Assembly (NCBI GenBank): GCA_032128115.1
Contig: JAQBHB010000042.1
Span: 1-13,193 of the forward strand
Direction of reading: 5' to 3'
DNA: 13,193 nt
Source of the DNA: Deltaproteobacteria bacterium
GTDB taxonomy: Bacteria > Myxococcota_A > UBA9160 > SMWR01
Part shown: one piece after another, positions 1 to 9,263 of the stretch
How positions within the stretch are numbered: position 1 is the stretch's first letter
Layout of the letters: every line of letters starts with the position of its first letter
Made by a program: the position numbers and the translations under genes
Notes under the pieces: generated by a model
Database searches by the model: none
The model's input: only the letters and a program-made list of their open reading frames with translations
What the model was told of the DNA's origin: nothing

Positions 1-1071
1 AATCGACCTCGGTCGTGAACCGGCGCGCCGCCTCGTCGTCGCCGGTCACGATGACGTCGCTGTGGCGGGTTCCGTAGTCCTCGATGTGTTTCAGGGCGGC
101 CTGGAGGTCATCGACGACGCGCACTGCGAGGATGAGATCGAGGTACTCCTCGAACCAGTCGCTCTCCGAGGCCGGCAATGCCGTCGGCACAAGCGAGCGC
201 GTCCGATCGTCGCCGCGCAGCTCGACCTCCTCGGCACCCATGGCGTCGGCGAGTCGCGGCAGGAAGGCGTCGGCCACCGCTTCGTGGACGAGCAGCGTTT
301 CCATCGCGTTGCAGACGCCGGGCCGCCGGCACTTGGCGTCAACGGCGATGGCGAGCGCCATGTCCAGGTCGGCGGCGCGATCGACGTAGACGTGGCACAC
401 GCCCTTGTAGTGCTTGAGCACGGGGATCCGCGACTGTTCGGCGACGGCCCGGATCAGGCTCTCGCCGCCGCGCGGGATGACCAGGTCGATCAACTGGTCA
501 AGGCCCAGGAGCGTGCGGACGGCCGAGCGGTCGGTCGTCGGGACCATCTGGATGGCGCCTGCCGGCAGACCCTCGACGCCGGTCATGGCCTCGTGGATCG
601 CCGCGTTGCTCGCGACGGCCTCCGATCCGCCGCGCAGGATCACCGCGTTGCCGGCCTTCACACACAGGGCGGCCGCGTCCACCGTCACATTGGGTCGCGA
701 TTCGTAGATGATGCCGATCACACCGAGGGGAATGCGCATGCGCCCCACGCGCAGACCGTTGGGGCGCACCACCACCGAATCGACGCGGCCCACGGGATCC
801 GGCAGGTTCGCCACGTCGCGCAGGCCGGCCAGCATGTCGCGCCACTTGGATTCGGACAACTCCAGTCGGTTCATGAGTGGTGTGGTCACGCCCTTGGCTT
901 CGGCCTCGCGCAGGTCGCGGGCGTTGGCCTCCAGGATGCGCTCCGCCGCAGACTCCAGGCGCTCCGCCGCCCGCAGCAGCCACTCGTTCTTGTCCGTGGT
1001 CGAGATTTCGGCGACGCGCATGGAAGCGGCGCGCGTTCGCTCGGCAAGCTCGTGGATCTGTTCAACGAGAG

Positions 1072-1075
<4 letters not shown>
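1..1075 (-). CDS. proA: Gamma-glutamyl phosphate reductase (glutamate-5-semialdehyde dehydrogenase), 3' end outside the window
   Basis: Not in the ORF track; translated by hand from GTG at 1075, which overlaps the proB TGA: MTLVEQIHELAERTRAASMRVAEISTTDKNEWLL...ILEANARDL. Contains the ProA motifs PLGVIGIIYESRPNVT, GNAVILRGGSEA, DLVIPRGGESLI, KHYKGVCHVYVD and YGTRHSDVIVT. Confidence 0.96.
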
Positions 1076-3347
<2,272 letters not shown>

Positions 3348-3602
3348 CTAGGCCGCCGGCTCGATGCACGCGACGGTGCGGCCACGCGCCTTCTGGTATT
3401 TCACCACGCCGTCGCAGAGCGCGAACAGGGTGAAATCTCGACCGCGACCCACGTTGATGCCCGGGTGGATCGAGGTTCCCACCTGGCGCACCAGGATGGA
3501 TCCGGCCGTTACGATCTGTCCGCCGTACACCTTCACGCCGCGCCGCTGGCCGTTGCTGTCCCGGCCGTTGCGGGAGCTTCCCTGCCCCTTCTTGTGTGCC
3601 AT
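3348..3602 (-). CDS. rpmA: 50S ribosomal protein L27
   Basis: [16 protein letters not shown]...[10 protein letters not shown]...GSILVRQ...GRDFTLFA. Confidence 0.98.
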   Translation of the reverse strand: MAHKKGQGSSRNGRDSNGQRRGVKVYGGQIVTAGSILVRQVGTSIHPGINVGRGRDFTLFALCDGVVKYQKARGRTVACIEPAA

Positions 3603-3606
3603 CGGC

Positions 3607-3918
3607 TCAGCCCTCGATTCGGTCGACGCGGATTTCGGTGTAGAGCTGGCGGTGGCCCGTCTTGCGCCGGTAGCCCGTGCGTCGCTTCATCTTGAAGATG
3701 ATGATCTTGGGTCCCCGGTCCTGGGCCGTGATGGTTCCCACCACGGAGGCTCCTGCCACCAGCGGTGTACCGATCTTTGCGTCGCCCTCGCCGCCCAGCA
3801 TGAGCACCTCGGCCAGCTTGACCGAGTCGCCCACTGCGCCCTCGAGCTTCTCCACGCGCACCGACTCTCCGGGTGCGACGCGCAGCTGCTTTCCGCCTGT
3901 TCGGACGACGGCGTACAT
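3607..3918 (-). CDS. rplU: 50S ribosomal protein L21
   Basis: [11 protein letters not shown]...[27 protein letters not shown] at 3918 overlaps the rne/rng stop (TGATG), with a GAGGA SD upstream. Confidence 0.98.
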   Translation of the reverse strand: MYAVVRTGGKQLRVAPGESVRVEKLEGAVGDSVKLAEVLMLGGEGDAKIGTPLVAGASVVGTITAQDRGPKIIIFKMKRRTGYRRKTGHRQLYTEIRVDRIEG

Positions 3919-5756
3919 CACGAATCCTCGCTCTTCCGGGATCGCGGCAGTATGGGACTTTTCTCTTCTGCGTCAAGGGGTTCGGTGGCCAGTCCGGAAT
4001 CGCTCCCGGCTGCAGCGGGCACCCGCCCGGGCTCGGCCAGGGGCTCGGGATCCGGCTCCGCCGTGGCCACGGGGGGCCCCCAATCGCCTTCGCCTTCGGC
4101 CTCGACCTCGTCCGGTTTTGCGACGGGCTCTGCCCCCTGGGGCTCCTTCTCCGTGAGCCAGCTCAGGGAGATCGAGACCGGCGGGCCCTCGTCTACGGCC
4201 GTCAGTTCGAACTGCTCCTGGTGCAGGCCGGGCCGGGCCCGCACCTCCACCTCGCGCCCCACCGCCTCACTGAGCGACGCCAGCGCCTTGCGTGCGGGTC
4301 CCAGCAGCATCTCCGCCACCTGGGGATTCACCGCCACTGCGATTTCCCGGCCACAGAAGCGCGGCAGATCCTTGCGGATCTCGCGCAGCACCTTGTAGGC
4401 CACACTCTCGCTCGAGAGCACGTAGCCCCGGCCCTCGCAGTTGCTGCACGGCTCGCACAGCTGCTGCACCAGGTTCTCGCGCGTGCGCTTGCGGGTCATT
4501 TCTACCAGGCCCAGCTCGGAGATCTTGAGGATGTTGGTTCGAGCCTTGTCCTGGCGCAGGGCCTCCTGGAGTGCGCGATAGACCTTCTCGCGGTTCTCCA
4601 TGCTTTCCATGTCGATCAGGTCGATGATGATCAGGCCGCCGATGTTCCGGAAGCGGAGCTGGTGAACGACCTCGTTAACCGCCTCCAGGTTCGTCTTGAG
4701 CACGGTTTCCTCGAGATCGCGCTTACCCACGAAGCGTCCCGTGTTCACATCGATGGCCGTAAGCGCCTCGCTCTGGTCCACCACCAGGTGGCCGCCGGAC
4801 TTGAGCCAGACCTTCCTGCCCAGGTTGTCGTCGATGGAACGCTCGATCTCGAAGTGATCGAAGATGGGCGTGTCGCCCTGGTAGTGCTCGAGCCTGGGCT
4901 TCGGGTCGGCCACGAAGCGAGACAGGAAGTCGTTCATCTGCTCGTAGACGGTGTTGTCGTCTACAACGATTCGCTTGGTCCTGCTGTTGGCCACGTCGCG
5001 GATCATGCGCAAGGGGAGCGCGAGCTCGCTGTACAGCACTCCGGGCGCGCGCACGCTCTCCCTGCGCAGCTGGATGTCGTCCCAGACCGACGTCAGGTAC
5101 TTCACGTCGGCCTCGATGTCGGGCTCGCGCGCGCCGCTGCCCGCGGTTCGGATGATGAAGCCCAGGCCCGCCGGGCGCACGCGATTCACCACCTCGCGCA
5201 GCCGGCGCCGCTCCCGGTCGGAGTCGATGCGTCGCGAGACGCCGACCCGCTGGGCCCACGGTGTGAGCACGATGTGGCGGCCTGCGATGGACACGTGGGA
5301 CGTGATGCGGGCGCCCTTGCTCCCGATGGGTTCCTTGGCCACCTGCACCACGATCTCCTGGCCCTCGCGCAGCAGGGTGTCGATCTTGGGAGGTTGTCGC
5401 CCGTTGCCGTTGCGGCCGCGCGGGCGCCGGGACGAGCCGTTGGAGTCGCCGTTTTCCTCGGAGCCAGACTGCCCCGTATCATCCAGGTAGTCGCCCACGT
5501 ACAGGAAGGCGGCCTTCTCCAGGCCGATGTCCACGAAGGCGGCCTGCATGCCTGGCAGCACGCGGGTGACCCGACCCAGCGTGACGGTCCCCGCCACGCT
5601 GCGCCCGCTCTCCCGCTCGATGTGGAGTTCGGCGAAGACCCCTTGTTCGAGGATGGCCACGCGGGTTTCACCCGCTGCGGCGTTGATGATGATCTCATTG
5701 GCAGGAACCCGCGGGCTCGAGCCGCCGCGGTTTCCCGACCAGGAAGGGGATCGCAC
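3918..5756 (-). CDS. Rne/Rng family endoribonuclease (RNase G-like length plus acidic C-terminal tail)
   Basis: ETRVAILE, S1 domain (RVLPGMQAAFVDIG, QVAKEPIGSKGARIT), AIDVNTGR, LRFRNIGGLIIIDLIDM, GLVEMTRKR, Zn-link CSNCEGRG. GTG start at 5756 is plausible but not certain. Confidence 0.95.
   Translation of the reverse strand: MRSPSWSGNRGGSSPRVPANEIIINAAAGETRVAILEQGVFAELHIERESGRSVAGTVTLGRVTRVLPGMQAAFVDIGLEKAAFLYVGDYLDDTGQSGSEENGDSNGSSRRPRGRNGNGRQPPKIDTLLREGQEIVVQVAKEPIGSKGARITSHVSIAGRHIVLTPWAQRVGVSRRIDSDRERRRLREVVNRVRPAGLGFIIRTAGSGAREPDIEADVKYLTSVWDDIQLRRESVRAPGVLYSELALPLRMIRDVANSRTKRIVVDDNTVYEQMNDFLSRFVADPKPRLEHYQGDTPIFDHFEIERSIDDNLGRKVWLKSGGHLVVDQSEALTAIDVNTGRFVGKRDLEETVLKTNLEAVNEVVHQLRFRNIGGLIIIDLIDMESMENREKVYRALQEALRQDKARTNILKISELGLVEMTRKRTRENLVQQLCEPCSNCEGRGYVLSSESVAYKVLREIRKDLPRFCGREIAVAVNPQVAEMLLGPARKALASLSEAVGREVEVRARPGLHQEQFELTAVDEGPPVSISLSWLTEKEPQGAEPVAKPDEVEAEGEGDWGPPVATAEPDPEPLAEPGRVPAAAGSDSGLATEPLDAEEKSPILPRSRKSEDS
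3949..3976 (-). promoter_or_regulatory. Putative sigma70-type promoter for rplU-rpmA inside the 3' end of rne/rng
   Basis: Minus strand TTGACG (3976-3971), A-rich 16-nt spacer, CATACT (3954-3949), about 30 nt upstream of the rplU ATG. Confidence 0.6.
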
Positions 5757-6150
5757 GCATGCACTCCGGCGTAGGCGAGCCGAATCGGGAAATCTGCTGA
5801 AGTCTTTTCCACCGGCGCCTCTCGGCGCCGGCGTCGGCGGGGCTAGCTGGGATCCGGACTGCGCCCGAGGCGCTCCGGACGAACGGGGACTCTCGCTAAT
5901 GTCCCGAAAACGCTATTGAAAACGTTGACTCGCACAGAGTTTCACTCTACGGTGCAACCGGGCGTTCCGAATCCCGAGCTCCGCGCAGCACCCCGCCGCC
6001 CGTTCAGCTCGTCTCGGTCCAACCCGCGTGTACGGCTCCGATTGACGCCGTTGCGCAGCCTCGAATCGAGTTCGAATCGAAAGTGATTCAAGCTCGACTC
6101 GTTTGGGCGGCTGCCCTCGGCCTGACTCGGGGACTCCCCCCGGGAGCCAA
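5757..6150 (-). ncRNA. Putative long structured 5' leader (cis-regulatory RNA) of rne/rng
   Basis: Seven non-overlapping stem-loops found by hand: 6122-6150, 6047-6121, 5959-6026, 5932-5955, 5886-5905, 5853-5879 and 5812-5831. G-U pairs and a GAGA tetraloop favour the minus strand. Confidence 0.55.
5925..5953 (+). promoter_or_regulatory. Candidate sigma70-type promoter directed toward selA
   Basis: TTGACT-N17-TACGGT, preceded by an A-tract region (5906-5924). Confidence 0.4.
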
Positions 6151-6190
6151 TACCCACCTGGTCGCACGAAAATCGTCAGGTCAGAAAATC

Positions 6191-7600
6191 GTGAATCCGA
6201 AGCCGCAGGTCAAGTCCGATCCCCGGAGGGCACTTCCGAGCGTCGATCGGTTGCGCGACGCGGTGCTGGCTGGCGATCCGCGCCTGCCCTCCTGGGCGGT
6301 GGCGGAGGGCGCGCGCCGAGCCCTGGCGGCCGAGCGCGAGCGGCTCGCCGACCCGGAACGTGCGATGGCACCCGCCACAGACCAGGAGGCTCTGGAGGCG
6401 CGTTCCGCAGCACTTGCCGCCGCCCTGGCAGCTCCCCACCCCACCCGGGTCGTAAACGCCACGGGTACCATCCTCCACACCAACCTGGGGCGGGCGCCCC
6501 TGGCGCCGGGCGCGGCCGAGGCCGCCTGCGTGGCTGCTTCGAGCTACGCGGATCTGGAGATCGACCTGGCCAGCGGCGAGCGCGGCGACCGCACGGCGGC
6601 CGTTGCCGAAAAACTCCGCCTGCTCTCGGGCGCCGAGGCCGCTCTGGCGGTCAACAACAATGCGGCCGCCCTGCTGTTGGCCCTGGACAGCCTGGCACGG
6701 GGCCGCGAGGTGGTGGTTTCGCGCGGTGAGCTGGTGGAGATCGGGGGCTCGTTCCGGATTCCCGAGATCATGGAGCGGGCCGGGGTGACCCTGGTCGAGG
6801 TGGGGAGCACCAACCGTACCCACCCCCGCGACTACGAGACCGCCATCGGTCCCGACACGGCGCTACTGCTCAAGGTGCACCGCAGCAACTTCGAGCAGCG
6901 GGGCTTCGTCTCGGAGGTGGGGTTGCCCGAGCTGGTGGAGATTGGCCGGGCTCGCGGCCTTCCGGTGCTGGAAGACCTGGGCAGCGGGACCCTGGTGGAC
7001 CTTTCCGGACGCGGTTTCCCCGCCGAGGCCTACGCGCCCGCGCGCCTGCGGATCGGCGCCGACGCGGTTTGTTTTTCCGGCGACAAGCTCCTGGGCGGCC
7101 CCCAGGCGGGCCTCCTGCTGGGATCCGAAGCCAGTCTTTCGGCCATGCGGGTCAATCCCCTGGCCCGGGCCCTGCGTCTGGACAAGATGAGCCTTTCGGC
7201 CCTGGACTGGACCCTTTCGGCCCTCCTGGACGGTCGCGAGCAGGAGATCCCCGTGATTCGCCAGCTGCTGGCCCCGGTGGCGGCGCTCGAGGTGCGGGCG
7301 CGTCGCCTGGCCAAGGACCTGGCCGCGGTGGCGGGTGGAGACGTGGACGTGAGTGCGGAGGCAAATCGCAGCGTGGTGGGAGGCGGCTCGTTGCCGGGGT
7401 TCGAACTCGAGACCTGGCAGGTGGTGTTGAGGAGCGGTGGCGCCTCGGACCTGGCGGCCCGCCTGCGCGCCGCACCGGTTCCCGTGCTCGCCCGGGTTCG
7501 CGACGACCGCGTGCTGCTGGACGTGCGAACGCTCCTGGATGGTGACGATGCGGCGCTCGGGGATTCGCTCGCCTTTGCCCTGGGTCGGTCGCTTCGTTGA
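6191..7600 (+). CDS. selA: L-seryl-tRNA(Sec) selenium transferase (selenocysteine synthase)
   Basis: LPSVD, VVNATGTILHTNLGRAPL, VNNNAAA, SRGELVEIGGSFRIPE, EVGSTNRTH, EDLGSG, PLP lysine motif FSGDKLLGGPQAG, VGGGSLP. Start placed at GTG 6191 rather than 6083. Confidence 0.96.
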   Translation: MNPKPQVKSDPRRALPSVDRLRDAVLAGDPRLPSWAVAEGARRALAAERERLADPERAMAPATDQEALEARSAALAAALAAPHPTRVVNATGTILHTNLGRAPLAPGAAEAACVAASSYADLEIDLASGERGDRTAAVAEKLRLLSGAEAALAVNNNAAALLLALDSLARGREVVVSRGELVEIGGSFRIPEIMERAGVTLVEVGSTNRTHPRDYETAIGPDTALLLKVHRSNFEQRGFVSEVGLPELVEIGRARGLPVLEDLGSGTLVDLSGRGFPAEAYAPARLRIGADAVCFSGDKLLGGPQAGLLLGSEASLSAMRVNPLARALRLDKMSLSALDWTLSALLDGREQEIPVIRQLLAPVAALEVRARRLAKDLAAVAGGDVDVSAEANRSVVGGGSLPGFELETWQVVLRSGGASDLAARLRAAPVPVLARVRDDRVLLDVRTLLDGDDAALGDSLAFALGRSLR

Positions 7601-7625
7601 TTGCACGGAATTGATCCCTTAGCAT
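7597..7625 (+). promoter_or_regulatory. Putative sigma70-type promoter overlapping the selA stop codon
   Basis: TTGATT (7597-7602)-N17-TAGCAT (7620-7625) in an AT-rich patch. Confidence 0.6.
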
Positions 7626-7640
7626 AAGCCGCCGTAATTG

Positions 7641-8258
7641 ATGCTGAATTCGAACGTTCTCGTATTGAACCGCTCTTACCTGCCGATCCACGTCACGTCG
7701 GTACGCCGGGCCTTCGCGTTGATCTACCAGGAAATGGCCCTTGCGGTGGACCCGGAGTACCAGACGTTCGACTTCGAGGCGTGGCGTGGACTCGAAGCGA
7801 ACGGCGGCGATGCGATCGGCACCGTGGAGGGCGCGATCCGGGTGCCCCGGGTGATCGTGTTGGTGACCTTCGATCGGATTCCCAAGCGACATGTCCGTTA
7901 CAGCCGCGTGAATGTGTTTGCGCGTGACCGATTTACGTGCCAATACTGCGGTGCGAAGCCCCATCGCTCCCATCTGAATCTCGACCATGTCATCCCACGG
8001 TCGCTGGGGGGCAAGACGACCTGGGAGAACGTCGTGTGCAGCTGTATCGACTGCAATCGGCGAAAGGGCGGTCGGACACCGGAGCAGGCGCGCCTTCGTC
8101 TGGGACGCATGCCAGTGCGGCCGCGCTGGGCTCCCATGATGAACCTGGTGGCGTCGACGTCTCAGTACGAGGAATGGCGACCGTTTCTTCACATCGTCGA
8201 CAACCGGGCCGACGGCCGTTTCGAATCGCGGCCGGGAGCCACGGCGCAGTCGCGGTAG
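7641..8258 (+). CDS. HNH endonuclease (McrA-like/COG1403 type with Zn-binding Cys pairs)
   Basis: N-terminal VLVLNRSY motif, [44 protein letters not shown]. ATG at 7641; in-frame TTG at 7638 is an alternative. Confidence 0.92.
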   Translation: [205 protein letters not shown]

Positions 8259-8288
8259 ACCGAACACATCGACGAATCCGGGGGGTGA

Positions 8289-9263
8289 GTGGAAGCCAAG
8301 CTCGGTGACAGGATGGCGGGACGCAAGCCGTCGCCGTCGGGTGCGCGGGTGATTCCCGTGGGCGGCGGCAAGGGCGGGGTCGGGAAGACCTTCGTGGTGG
8401 CGAATCTGGCCGCAACGCTTGCGCGCGAGGGTTACCGGGTGGCGGCCGTCGATGGCGATCTCGAGGGCGCCAACCTCCACACCTGTCTGGGCGTGCCGCG
8501 GCCGCGAGCCAGCCTGGCCGACTTCGTGGCACAGCGCGAAGAAGACCTGAGCAAGCTGCTCCTGGACACGCCCATCGAGAATCTGCAGCTGATCGCCGCC
8601 ACTGCCGGCAATCTGGCCACGCCGCAGCCCAGCCATGCCCGACGCGTATTGCTGGTGCGCGCCCTGCGCCGGATCCAGGCCGACTTCGTGTTTCTCGATC
8701 TGGGCGCAGGCACCCACCCCGCCGTCATGGACTACTTCATGATCGGTGAGGACGGGATCGTGGTCATTACCCCCGAGCCCACGTCGGTGGAGAACGCCTA
8801 TGCGTTCATGCGCGCCGCCTTCTACCGGCGCCTGCGTCTGGCCGTGTTCTCCCACGACGTGCGCACGGTGGTGACCCTGGCCATGGACGAGCGCAACGAG
8901 CGCGGCATCCGCACCCCCATCGACCTGCTGAAGGAGATCCAGGCGATTGATTCCAAGGAGGGTGCCCGTTTCGTGGAGACGATGCAGGCATTCCGCCCCC
9001 GCATCATCGTGAACGATGTGCGCACCGCCGAGGACATCAAGCTGGGTTTTTCGATTCGCAGCGTGTGTCGACGCTACTTCGGCCTCGAGGCCGAGTACCT
9101 GGGATACGTGAATCACGACGACGCGGCGCGCCGGTCGGTGCGGACCCGACGTCCCCTGGTGATCACGGATCCGCGTTCGGATGCGGCCATCTACCTGAGT
9201 CGGATCGCTCGCAAACTGGTGGCCTCGGGGCCGGGGATGCGCGTGGCCGGAGGCGGTCGATGA
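8289..9263 (+). CDS. MinD/ParA superfamily ATPase, FlhG/FleN-like
   Basis: Deviant Walker A GGKGGVGKT, VDGDLEGANLH, Walker B/switch II FLDLGAGT, TPEPTSVENAY. Start could be GTG 8289 or ATG 8313. Confidence 0.9.
   Translation: MEAKLGDRMAGRKPSPSGARVIPVGGGKGGVGKTFVVANLAATLAREGYRVAAVDGDLEGANLHTCLGVPRPRASLADFVAQREEDLSKLLLDTPIENLQLIAATAGNLATPQPSHARRVLLVRALRRIQADFVFLDLGAGTHPAVMDYFMIGEDGIVVITPEPTSVENAYAFMRAAFYRRLRLAVFSHDVRTVVTLAMDERNERGIRTPIDLLKEIQAIDSKEGARFVETMQAFRPRIIVNDVRTAEDIKLGFSIRSVCRRYFGLEAEYLGYVNHDDAARRSVRTRRPLVITDPRSDAAIYLSRIARKLVASGPGMRVAGGGR

Noticed and set aside
5757..6190. tRNA-Sec (selC), 6S, SRP or RNase P RNA next to selA
   Set aside because: No CTTCAAA anticodon loop or cloverleaf, no SRP or RNase P conserved motifs, and no single long 6S-like rod recognised.
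6083..6190. N-terminal extension of SelA in the ORF track
   Set aside because: It overlaps the structured region; SelA homology starts near RRALPSVD, so GTG 6191 is preferred.
7641..8258. HNH gene as an IscB/Cas9-like RNA-guided nuclease or homing endonuclease
   Set aside because: No RuvC motifs or PLMP domain, no room for an adjacent ncRNA (40-nt and 30-nt gaps), and no intron or transposon context.
9065..9259. Upstream extension of the J-like/HTH ORF
   Set aside because: It overlaps the ATPase CDS; ATG 9260 has a GGAGG SD and an ATGA overlap.
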